Notes under the pieces: model-generated
Seen by the model: only the letters and a program-made list of their open reading frames with translations
What the model was told of the DNA's origin: nothing
The model's database searches: none
In this document: in pieces, positions 51,328 to 63,189 of the stretch
How positions within the stretch are numbered: the stretch's first letter is position 1
Layout: the number at the start of each line of letters is the position of its first letter
Made by a program: the position numbers and the translations under genes
Assembly: GCA_028534125.1 (NCBI GenBank)
Contig: CM052817.1
Location: 57,228,001 to 57,292,000 of the forward strand
Source of the DNA: Lama glama
Lineage: Eukaryota
Direction of reading: 5' to 3'
DNA length: 64,000 bases

Positions 51328-51664
51328 AGCATGTTACTGTGATGATTAGATAAATTAATATTTAGAATAGAACCTAGTTAGCACTGCATAATTATCGGCT
51401 GTTATTATTCTTACCATCAGCGTTATGTTTTAAATAGCATAGTTGGGCCATGAAGCACCAGTCCCAAGCAGCAAAGGCATCAGATGAGGCTGTTTTACTC
51501 ACAAGCCTCCCTTGGCAGGTAGGTAAATGAAGAGGCGGCGGGAGCTTGTTCTTCTGCATCTGATGTGGCTGTCCTCTCACTGGGGAAATACAGGAACCAG
51601 CACGACCTCTCAGCAGCTCATTGTCCCTTAGGGATGCGAACAGCGATCATTCATTGACTTTGAG

Positions 51665-51900
51665 GCAGAAAAGTGTACTGTTTAAGATCATGGGCTCTGA
51701 GCTAAACAGGCCCAGATTTCAATGATGGTTCTGCCACTTTCCAGCAGTGTGATCTTGAGAGAGTTGCTTGATCTCTCTAAGCCTCATTTTTCACCTCTAA
51801 AAAATGGGCATAATGGTAATTGTTCTCAAAGACTGAATAAGGTAAAGCATGCACAGCCAATATTAAGAGCTCAGTAAAGGTTAATTATTATTCTTATTCA
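51665..51900 (+). mobile_element. MIR SINE
   Basis: ttctgccactttccagcagtgtgatcttg...ctctctaagcctcattttt...aaaatgggcataat. Confidence 0.8.
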
Positions 51901-52086
51901 TTTATTCATTCTTTTTTACACTATAGAAATGGGTCTGGGCATTCCTATGACACCTTTCTCTTCCTCTAGGCCTTCTCATTTTCACCTCTACTTCCCTCCC
52001 ACATGCCTAGCATACAGTAGGCACTAAATAAATGCTTCAAATTGTGAATGAAGAAATGAATGATGCAGGGAAGATTTAAGAGAAAT

Positions 52087-52905
52087 ACAAAGTGAGACAA
52101 GTTGGACTATGTGGGTCACTATATCAGAATCTTAAGTACAATGCACATTAAATAAATGGTAGTAGTAGTATTATAATGACTCGATGGCGGTGGTAGTCAT
52201 TTAGTAAAAACAATGGCTAATGAGTAGCATGTGCTTACTATGTCCACTTTTTATATTCCACTATTTATATTCTTTTTATATTATATTTCCAGAAAGGATT
52301 TGAGGAAGCTGAGGAATTAATTATATAAGTCAGAGTTTGTATGTTCTGACATTCACTACGAAAGGTAAAACATACAAAGATTCCAAACCATCCAAGACTG
52401 GGAGCATTAATTAATTATTGCTAACTCTTCCTGCCTAAGCAAAGGCCTCAGGCTAATAACATTCTGAAATTGCTTAAAAGCAGTTATAGTCACAAAACTG
52501 AGGTACACCAGGAGCCCAGTGGGAGTTTTAATAACATTACACCTGAGCTCTTTATGTCAGGAGGGAGCTCGAGAGACTTCCAAGACCGAAGCAAGATGGG
52601 GAAAAAGCCTCACTCAGCAAATAACATGCCATTAACTTGGTGTGTGCAGACAGTACTCAGGGAAGTGGTAATTAAGTCAATAAAAAATCAGAGTGGATAA
52701 ATAGGCCAAAATGGGAGGGGAGGGTGAAAACTGCCAACTCCAAAGGAAAGACAAAGTGAGACAAGTTGGACTATGTGGGTCACTATATCAGAATCTTAAG
52801 TACAATGCACATTAAATAGATGGTAGTAGTAATATTATGACTCGATGGAAGTGGTAGTCATTTAATAAAAACAATGGCTAATAAGTAGCGTGTGCTTACC
52901 ATGTC
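52087..52905 (+). repeat. ~155-bp direct repeat (52087-52244 and 52751-52905) around a 506-bp spacer
   Basis: Both copies begin acaaagtgagacaagttggactatgtgggtcactatatcagaatcttaagtacaatgcacattaaata and end gtgcttac.atgtc. Confidence 0.97.
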
Positions 52906-53505
52906 TACAGCACTGTTCTAAGCACCATATCTATGTCTAATCCTCAATTCTCAAAACAGCCCCATAAGCTAGGTTCCATGATAATCCCCATTCTGCATTT
53001 AAGCACAGAGAAGTAACATGACTTATTTTTCATGTATTATCTCATTTAGCCCTCACCACAATGCTTTGAAGGAATTAGCATTATTTGTCTCCATTTTATA
53101 GATAAGAAAATTGAAGCACAAAAAGGTCAATAATTTGGCCAAGGTCACACATTTATTAAGTACTGAACCAAGGTTCAGAGCCATTCAACTGAACCCAGAG
53201 CCAGTACTAACATGCTGGTTGCCACATGAAATATATTTAAATTCACCACAAGGAATATCTAGCATGAAAAGTTTCGTTGTATGCTTATAGTAATACTCAT
53301 AGCAAACTCTTATATAGAACTCACTGTGTCAGCCAGGAACCGCTTTCAATAATTATCCTTACAACAGCCTTACAGAGAGTATATTATGCCCATTTTACAG
53401 ATAAGAAAGTGAAGCAGAGAGGTAAAGGGCCGGGCCAGTGTTACACAGTAAATATCAGAACCACAGTATCTAGAGTGCGTATTTTTAACCACTTTGCTAT
53501 CCTAC
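52875..53505 (-). mobile_element. Cluster of three MIR fragments
   Basis: Cores ccccattctgc, tccattttatagataagaaaattgaagcac and cccattttacagataagaaagtgaagcagagaggtaa. Confidence 0.8.
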
Positions 53506-54739
53506 CTAAGAATGATGTTTTGAGATTGTGTTGAACAATGTGGTGATCGATAATGGTGAAAAAGAAATCAGCAACAGCAGTGAATTTCCTGGCAAAGCCT
53601 CATCTTATCACAGAGGGGTATTCACATCATTATGTTTCACTGCCAATAATTTCTTTTTAAACTGTTGGTCTAATCTGGGAGAAAATTTCCCTGTTCCCAA
53701 GAAAGAGAAAACATTAAAATAGAAGCATGATGCTGTATTGCAGACCATGACGAGATGCAGAGGAGAACATGCTGCATCCCCAACACCTGTCATTTCTGTC
53801 CTAAACAGCAAAGCCCTCTGCTGTCTACCGGGTGGGAAGCAGCCAGCACAATTGTTGATGCTACCCATGAGGAACTGGAACTGCAGTTCTACTGCGTCCT
53901 CCCAGTCTTTGGAGAACAGGCCACGGCTTTTGTTTTCTCTATGCCCTGCCATTTCTCTTCTGTAAACGTTACTGTGAGAAGAGACCCATATGGAGATAAA
54001 GCTGGGAGATGCAGGCCTGTTGCAAACACCTTTTGTAGCTACTCACAAAATGTGAATATGCCTGCCAATGCTAACTGTGCTGATGGGAGGCCCTCCTGGG
54101 CTGTGAGCGCTGCTTGCTGTCCCCGCTGCTAAAATGTCTCCACCTACACCGCATGTTGTGTAGAGGAAGTCACAAAAGATCAAACAAAACGACTGGAAAG
54201 GGTTAATCTCCATTTTTATTAATGCTCTAAACTCCAGGAAGGCCTGTGTGTTCCAGTGGAGGTGTCTGTCCTACAAGGTAAGGCTTCTGACCCATAGGGT
54301 GATCCGTACTTCCCATTCTTATCAGTGATTCTTACCTACTAAATCTGCTAAGGAGGAGAGCTTGTGTAGTGTGTGTCCGGGGTCTGAAAATTAAAGGAGT
54401 AGCACCAGGGTCTGGATTTGGGAAGCCTTGATTAGATGCCTCATTCCGGATTCCCATTCCACCCTGTGTTTACCTCATCTCAACATACATCAATCACACT
54501 GTACTGAAATTGCCCAGGAACATGATGGCATGTCTCACCCAACAGGCAATAATAGCTCTGTGATCAGAAAATAGTTTACTTTTGTTTCCACAGAACTTGG
54601 CATCATATGTAGCTGATATAAACACTCAATAAATATAGTGACTCAGGAGGCAGCTTGTAGGGTTAGTCTCAGCTAACATTAGTCCCAGCTAATGTTCAAA
54701 ACAAAACAAAACACTGGGGCTGGTGTCATCATCCTTCAC

Positions 54740-54930
54740 TGAGTGCTTGCTTCACTATATTTTGGTGTGGACTGTCTCATTTTATATTCACAAGCAACCT
54801 TATTATGTAAGTAACATAATTATCCTTATATTACAAATAAAGAAAAGGAGGCTCAGAAGGGTTAAGTAACTAGCCCAAGATCACAGTTAGTGGTCTCAGT
54901 TGAGATTTGAAACCAGGAAATGTAACTACA
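54740..54930 (-). mobile_element. MIR SINE
   Basis: gaggctcagaagggttaagtaactagcccaagatcacag...gatttgaaaccagg. Confidence 0.8.
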
Positions 54931-55477
54931 GCTTGCATGAAATTAAACACACCCCTTCACACATTCCCATAGGATATAAGTTCCATTTTTCCATTTTGCA
55001 CTTTCTACTTCTTCACTCCCACCCTGTGTTCTTTGTCATCAACTCTACCTAGCTAAAAAGGCTGGAAGGTAGAGTACACAGCACCCTTAGTACTGACCCT
55101 AAACCTGGACCCAGATCTTATATTCCAGATCTTACTATACAAGGCTAGGTTGGAACATCTTGGTCCTGAGACTCCACCCCTGTGGTGGGGGGAGAGAGAG
55201 AGAGAGAGACACCTCTGGTGTCTGGTAGAAGCATATGCTCCAGCCTCGACTCTGCCACCAGCCCACTACCTGGCTGACCTCAGGCAAGTTTCCAACCTCT
55301 TTGAGATTTCCCTATTTAAAGCATGAGGATAATAATTCCCACCCTGCATTCTTCCTGGATTAGTTTCCGTGAAGAGTGCTTAAGGCCAGTTGAGACAAGA
55401 GTGCTTAGAACATTATGTAGTACTCTTCTCACCAGCAAAGCCCACTAGTGTCCCCAGGAAAAATAAGATGGAATCTA

Positions 55478-55916
55478 GGTTATAAGGCCTAACCTCTTCT
55501 TTTCTGCTTAGTCTAGCTTCACTTGCCTATAGGGGGCCACGTGCAGAAGCCTTGCACCAGACACATCAGATTCTGCACCTGACACCTCAGCTCAGAGGGC
55601 TGTGTGCAGAGACACTGTGCCCGGCACTGTGATCTGAAGCTCGAGCAGCACAGCTGCGCTAGCCTCAAGATCACTCCGCCCCTTCCCCTCCTCCTTCCTC
55701 TCCCCCGACTGATGAGATCCCTATAAAGCAGCCCCACAAACAGCCTTTCAGGGAGAGCATGTGTGCTCTAGGGCATGAGCTCGCACCTCTCCATTCTTTG
55801 ATCAAACAATAAAACTTTCCTTTGCTTCTGAACCAAACTCCATCTCATTCTACTGGCACAAGCAACACTAGACAGAAGGACTCTTGTTGGGGTCCAACTC
55901 AAAAGGGTCAGTAACA
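55478..55916 (+). mobile_element. Solo ERV LTR, family unassigned (ERV1-like)
   Basis: GC box ctccgcccc, TATA ctataaag (~55721), aataaa (~55808), ends gtaaca. 5' boundary uncertain. Confidence 0.65.
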
Positions 55917-56039
55917 CTCTCTGTCAACGTGAGAAGGAGATGATCGGGATCCAACAACTCTCATTTAGGCAATAAAGATAAACTGCTTTTATTCACTTAT
56001 TTTTTGTATCTAATAAAAAACAGTGCAAAAGAAAACTTC

Positions 56040-56235
56040 CTTTCTCTCTGAAAGAAACACACAAAGAAAGAGAGAGAGAGACTCAGGGACAGAAAAAGAG
56101 AAAGAGAAAGGCAGCGAAGAGATGGGACACAGGCAACCAGACAGGGGTGAGGACACACACACTGAGAATCAGAGACAAGAGACAGAAGGCTAAAGATAGA
56201 GACAAAGTCAGAGAGAGAGGAGCAAGAGAGAGAAT
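56040..56235 (+). repeat. GA-rich low-complexity tract
   Basis: Seen directly. Confidence 0.75.
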
Positions 56236-58668
56236 CCAAAGTTAAGACCAAGTTTCATGTCTCTTCCATTAGATGCAACAGGCAAATTACCCCCAAGATT
56301 GGGCACAAACCTAATCTTAATGACTTAAATTCTCTCTTCCTCCAACTGGTTGACCTTTAACTCCCTACTTCTTAGCCATCCTCTACTGCACCACAATACT
56401 CAATTTAGTAGCATTTAAGGGTTGTGAGGGGGTCCTGTTTAGAACTATGTTGCCCAGTGAAGAAGTTATTTTGGTTGCACACCAGCACCCACCCTTTGCA
56501 CCTGGTTTGTGACTCAGCATTTTTCCATCTAGGTCCCCTGGAGTATTCACTGCTCAGCATCTTACCCTCACTTCTGTTATCAGACCCTGAGCAAAGAACA
56601 TGGGTTGGCCATCTTGGGGTTCACTGACAGGCTTAAGGCTAGACTGATCTAGGTAAACCAGGGATGAGAGCCCAAACGCTCTGGCGAGTGTTCAGGTGAG
56701 AGGAGGACTGCCAACTTGCCACAGGTGCCAGAATGAAAAGCCCACTTCTGAGGAGTGACAGTGTTTTTTTCTTCTGCCTGTAGGATAAGGATAGGGCCTA
56801 CATTTCTGGTGGAAACATTAGTCCTTAAGCCCAGGTACTAATACCTAATGAATGACTCTTCCAGTGACCTAGCCCCTTAGCTGTTTCTGTTCATCTCAGA
56901 GACTGCTCATTCAGGGCACCCTCTTCATATCTATTGCTGACACCCTTATTTTCTACATGGAAGTGAATAGCACTTGCCTTATATTTGTCCCTTGCATTTT
57001 TCCCTGTCACACACATTTGATCCTCACCACATCCTGATGTGATGATAAAGATAGAAAGGTGAGGCTCACAGGAGCATGCAAGCTGCTACTTAATACTCAT
57101 GGAGCATCTACTATATGCCAGGTTCTGTCTGAGGCCACTATACAAGCCATCTCATGTAAGCTTCAGATCCTAGCTGCAAGACAGTTACAACTTACCTCCA
57201 ATTGAGAGATGTAAAAAACTGAGACAAAACGGGTTTAGAAGCTTGAGTATGGTCATGTAGCAGTCAGAGAGCCGTGGCTGAGACTGAAACCTTTGACAGC
57301 ACATTCAAGGGCATTAGCAAATCTCTCTATGTTCATGTCACCCTGGCAAGACTTCAGAAGCAGATTTATTTTTGAAGGGGAAAAAAAAACTCATACAGGG
57401 TAGATCAGGTTTGTGCTGGCTAACTGAAAAACAAAGTTCTGGAGCCCTCCATTTGTCTACCATGAACAATCCCTTTGACTTGCCACTTCCCCAATCCGTG
57501 CACTCAATATAACAGAAGTGCCGGCTACTTACAGAAGAGGTTTCTAAAAAATCCAAAACCTTACTTGTAGTAGTATCCTTAATACAAGTGTCTTGAACAA
57601 TGAAAATTACTTTCCTAAGTGAAACTAGACTCAAGTGGTTTGTTCTGCCCCCTTATAGTCATCCAGTCCAGTAGAAGTGTTTGTGTGATTTTTTTCAAAG
57701 TTCCGAAAACAACTCGAGGAGATAATAAAATACCATCCTCTTTATTGAAGTCTGAGATTTCCTAAAGCTGAAGACTGCAAATTGTGGTGTTTGATTGCCC
57801 TAAATGAAAATGTTGGAAGATAAAGAATTCCCTTGGCTCTAACCTTCAAGGAGCAAACCATGCCTAGAGGCGAGGAAATGCAGACAGTCTCATACATTCT
57901 CTCTCTGCTAAATTCCACATTCTGCAAAAATTCTCTTTTCTCCCTAACTACATTAGAGAGGAAGGCAATCAATACAAAAACACCAGGTTCATCCTAAGGG
58001 ATCCTACTGCAAAACAAAAACTCTAAGAAGCTCAGTACTGAAACTTAAATGGTTGACCCCTTATTTTCTGTGTAACACCTTCTTCAAGATATTTGTGCAT
58101 CTTGGTTTTCAAAGTGAAAGCTTGTTCAAGTGAACTATGGATTGCGCTGTTCTAGCTGATCTAAGGCAAGATCTTGGTAATCAATTGCAGGGACTTTGTT
58201 ACAGAAACTTGGTTAGGTTTATAGAACCTCTGGTAAGACCATCATACCACCCTACAACACCTAAAATACAATGATGACCCTACATATACTCTTTCTCCTC
58301 TTAACTGATTCACCATTTACACTTCAGATTGATGTTAAAAAGGTGCTCCATACTTCCTCCAGAGCTCACCAGAAGAAAGCCACAATCATAACAATCATAA
58401 TAACAATAATAATAAATCAAACTCCTCCTCAATCCCACTTCCTTTCCTTTCACTGCTACAAGACATCCTAAGAAAACAGGGTAATGAGAAAAAGTCAGTT
58501 ACATGACTCCACTTACCATGGAGAACAAATCTGAAGAGTAAATCATGGTGGACCAGGAGGGTTTGATTAGAACTTTATTTTGAAAAATGAAAGTATATAT
58601 TAAGAGACTATATATATTATATCTTATATTTAACAGAATGTAGGTTCTAAACATCTTTAAACATTGTC

Positions 58669-58757
58669 TTTTTTTTAATGGAGATGCTAAGGATTGAAAC
58701 CAGGACCTCATGCATGATAAGCAAGTGCTCTACCACTAAGCTATTCTTCCAATCCCC
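58669..58757 (-). mobile_element. tRNA-derived SINE, Vic-1-like (camelid)
   Basis: Reverse strand reads gggg..aatagcttagtggtagagcacttgcttatcatgcatgaggtcctggtttcaatccttagcatctcca-ttaaaaaaaa: A and B boxes, poly(A), degenerate TSD taaa.att..gtctt. Confidence 0.85.
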
Positions 58758-58961
58758 TAAATATTAAGTCTTAATATGGGGGGGTCCATTTATTTTTCCC
58801 AAAAAGAACTGAATGACAACTCAACTTAAGATCCATCACTTCTCATTTGACTTTTACAGAATGATCATAAAGAGGGTTAGTTTTGCAAAATATTCAAAGG
58901 TTTTTTCAGTTCTCTCATGGGTCTCTATTTTCTTTTGATATTCATATCATTCTCTTTTGAG

Positions 58962-59496
58962 GTATTGTTCTACTTATTATGGCTGCATGACAAATTACCG
59001 CCAAAACTTAGTGGCTTAAAATAACAACACCTATCCTGCTCACAAAGGGGCAATTTGAGCAGGGTACAGTGGGGACAGCTTGTCACTCTCCACTTATCAG
59101 CTGAAACAGTCCAAGTCTGAGGGCTGGGATTATTTGCCAGCCTACTCATTTATATGTCTGACACCTGGGATGGAAAGACTCAACTGGAGGCCAAAATAGT
59201 AAGGGCTCCTCAGGCTTCTTTCTCTCTCTCCCTGATCACCACATGATCTTTCCAGCATAGTAGCTTCAGATAGCTAGATTTTATACATGGCATGTCAGGG
59301 GGCCAAGAGGAAACGCAGAAGCCATATCACTTTTAATGACCTAGCCTGGGAAGTCATATAGCATCACTTCTGCCATATTCTATTCCTTAGAAGCAAATCT
59401 CCAAAGCCAGCCCATTTTCAAAATAAGAAGAATCAGGCTCTACCTTTTATAAGAGAAGTGTCAAAAAATCTGTGAACATGTTTTTAAATTACCAAA
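58962..59496 (-). mobile_element. MLT1H-like MaLR LTR
   Basis: aaattaccgccaaaacttagtggcttaaaataac...atgacctagcctgggaagtcatatagcatcacttctgccatattcta. Confidence 0.85.
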
Positions 59497-60210
59497 GCAT
59501 CTATCATGTCATCTTCTTTGTTAATTTTCTATTCTGATTGTTGACTGCTTCAATTGTCAGATCTATTTGTCACTGGTTCTGTGTAAGCCTGGCATGTCAG
59601 ACCCATGAAGGCTGGGATTTTTGTCTGACTTATTCAGGGCTAGTCTCCAATATCTACTACCTGCTACATGGAAGATACCCAATAAATATTTGCTAATTCA
59701 ACAGTTCTCCAATATCATTTTCATCACCTTCATGAAATCCTGTATCCTTTACAAGCTTTGCAATTTTACTTCGCAATCAGTTTTGCTTTTCTTTTTATTG
59801 TACTGTCTGAAGTTAACAACTTGAGGCAATCAACAAGAAACTAGTTTAAAAAGATGTTGATAAGATGAGCAGAAACAGAAGCTAATATTACCCAAGGATA
59901 CTGGAATGGAGATTAATATTGTAAGTGGTTGCCTCATTTTGACGGGGAGCATAAGAAGCTTTGTTTCCCGCATGAAAGCTCACAACTGCAAGAGCACAGA
60001 TAATGAAGACTTACATGACAACTACTCCCAGATTATCTTTGAGCAAATCAAAATCTCTCCTAGGCTCAGGTTTTCCAGTTGTGGACGGGCATTACACCTC
60101 AAGTTCTAACATTTTGATGATTTTAGAACTTGGAATTTTAGATCAGGGTCATAGATATAGATGGGCAGATATTTAGCATCCATGACGACAAACTTATAAT
60201 TAATAATACT

Positions 60211-61922
60211 AGGCAGGACATTCTCTGATTTCAAACTATATTACAAAGCTAAAGTAATCAAAACAGTATTGTACTGCCATAAAATCAGACATATAGCTCA
60301 ATGGAACTGAATAGAGAGCCCAGAAATAAACCCGTATGTATATATGGTCAATTAACTTATGACAAAGGGATCAAGAACATACAGTGAGGGAAGGATAGTC
60401 TCTTAAGTAAATAGACTTGGGAACACTGGACAGCCACATGCAAAAGAATGAAACTAGATCACTATCTTACACCATAAAAAAATTAACTCAAAATGGATTA
60501 AAGGTTTGAATGTAAGACCTGAAACCATAAAACTCTTATAAGAAAACAGGCAATAAGCTCCTTGACATCAATTTTGAAGATGACTTTCTGCATCTCACAC
60601 CAGAAACAAAGGCAACAAAAGCAAAAATGAACAGGTGAGACTACATCAAACTAAAAGCCTCTGCACAGCAAAAACTGTAACAAAGTGAAAAGGCAATTTA
60701 CTGAATGGCAGAAAATATTTGCAAATCATTTATCTGATAAGAGATTAGTATCCAAAATACATAAAGAACTCATACAACTCAATATGCTCAAAAAACCAAA
60801 TAATCCAATTTAAAAATAGGCAACGATCTGAATAGACATGTTTCCAAAGAAGACATACAGACGGGCAACAGGTACATGGAAGGATGCTCAATATCACTAA
60901 CCATCAGAAAAGTACAAATCCAAAGCACAATGAGTTATCACTTCATACCTGTTAGAATGGCTATTACCAAAAAGACAAGCAATAACAAATGCTGATGAAA
61001 ATGGGGCTAAAAGGGAACCTTTGTGCACTGTTGGTGGCAATACAAACTAATGCAACCACTATGGAAAAACAATGTGGAGTTTCCTCAAAGAATTCCAAAT
61101 AGAACTACCATATGACCAGAGACTCCACCTCTGGGTATTAAACCAAAGAAAATGAAAACACTAATTTGAAAAGATACATGCAGCATCATTTACAAATGTC
61201 ACTGCAGCATTATTTACAGTAGCCAAGACATGGAAAATCAAAATATCCACTGATGGATGAATGAATAAAGATGTGGCATATATATGTGTATACATACATA
61301 TGTTTGTGTATATGTGTATATATGGCATATATGTGGAGGGGTATATATACAGATACACTGATAGATGTGGGGGGGTGCAAATGGAGTATTATTCAGCTGT
61401 TAAAAAGAAGGAAGTCTTGCCATTTGTAACAACATGGATGGATCTGCATAGTATTATGCTAAGTAAAATAAGTCCAGTAAAAAAATATAAATACCATATA
61501 ATCTAACTCATATGTGGAATAAAAAAAAAACAGGCTCAGATTGGTGGTTGCCTGACGCAGGGAAAGGAGGGTATAGGGGGAGGAAGGGAGGGAAAGGAGG
61601 GTGAAGTTGGTGAAGGAGTCAAAAAGTACAATTTCCACTTATGAAATGAGTAAGTCATGGGAATGTAGTGTACAGTATGGTAACTACAGTTAATAATGGC
61701 AGAATATACAGTTAATACAGTTAATAATACTATATTGCATATTTGAAAGTAGTTAGCATAGGGGATCTTAAAAGTTCTCATCACAAAAAAAATTGTAACT
61801 ATATATGGCAATGGATGTTAACTCAACTTATTGTGGTGATCATTTTGCAATATATATAGAATCATTCCTTTGTATACCTGAAACTAGTATGTTATGTCAA
61901 TCATACCTTGATTTTTAAAATT
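60211..61922 (+). mobile_element. 5'-truncated L1 (ORF2 3' part + 3'UTR) with TSD
   Basis: gatttcaaactatattacaaagct...atagagagcccagaaataaaccc; TSD ttaataatact (60200-60210, 61923-61933). Confidence 0.93.
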
Positions 61923-62974
61923 TTAATAATACTGATGGTATTTAAAACAGCTATCTAGTTATCATTTACTATGTTATTAGGCATTGTGCTTTCTATGTAT
62001 TATCTCATAATCTTTGTAACAAACCTTTGAGATAAGTGTTATCACTTCCATTCCTCCAATGTTCAAATAAGCTACAGACTTTCCTCTGATAATGTGATGG
62101 AAACAGGACCAAACTCAAGTTTGCAGTGCAAACTCAGCTGTGAAACTAATCATACTAGAAGCAGGAGCCCATAGTAAGAGTCTGTCTCAGACTTCAGTCA
62201 AGGACATTAAATTTCAAGAAAGACCAGAATGACATATTTTAACTCAGCTTCATAGCCAGCTTTGTGAAAATGCTGCCTCGTGTCCTCTCTCTCCTGGTCA
62301 CCCAATGGACTTTCTAAGTAACTCTAATTCAAAATCTCTCTTCTCAATTAAGCAGAGCACTTTTTTTTTTTATGACAATCACTACTTCCATCCTATCCTA
62401 AGATTACACAGAATAAGGGTTTGGCCCATTTTTAAGTAGTGTGTTTGGAATACCATACTTAAGAAGCAAGCTAGAAATTAAGGGTCTTTGTCCCTAAAGC
62501 TGATCTCCAAAAACTCAAACTAGTTTGCAGACATTATCTAATTCACTGTCACAACAAAGCTGGCATTATCCTCTCCATTTCACTCATGGAGAAACTGAAA
62601 TAAGAAAATTACAGCCTGACTTTGACACTGTACAGAGGTGCCTCTGATGTAGGAGCTAAGTGGGAGGCGGATGGAAGGAAGCCAGACTGGCAGTGCTGTT
62701 GACCAGTTCTCAAGCGCACTTTGAACATGACTCAATACCCAGAGATAGAAGAGGTGTTGGATGAGCCAGACCCTCTTCAACTAGAGGAACTCAGCCCTGC
62801 ATAGATTTTATCTGCTTTACAGATTAGGATTTTGTGAAGGGTTTCCTTTTAACGAAGGGATAGATCTCTAAAAGTCTGTTAAAACCACTGACCTGGCAAT
62901 ATTTAGGGTATGCTACCTTAAAAAAAAAAAAGATTTAGTAATATTCAATGGCTATTCAAAAATCCAAAAGTAAT

Positions 62975-63160
62975 CATTAATGGCAAACCCTGAGCTTCTA
63001 CTATGTGCCCAGCACTATGCTACGCATATTACAAGCATTAACTTTCTCCCTCACGGTAAGCTACCATTTTACTGATGAGGAAAGTGAAGCTTAGAAAAGT
63101 TAAATAACTTGCCCAAGATCTTCAAGTCGGCAGTGGTGGAACCAGGATAAAACCAACCAG
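62975..63160 (-). mobile_element. MIR SINE
   Basis: ccattttactgatgaggaaagtgaagcttag...taacttgcccaagatc. Confidence 0.85.
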
Positions 63161-63189
63161 CCTAAGCTCCTTTTTTTTTTTCCTTAGGG

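Noticed and set aside
52087..52905. CRISPR-like array or LTR pair
   Set aside because: Only two long copies in a mammalian context, no TG..CA ends, and the repeat includes part of a MIR.
53608..54132. Cluster of Cys-rich 75-125 aa ORFs
   Set aside because: No recognisable domain and no convincing splice boundaries; treated as chance ORFs in unique non-coding DNA.
58669..58757. Functional tRNA gene
   Set aside because: Degenerate stems, poly(A) tail and TSD indicate a SINE.
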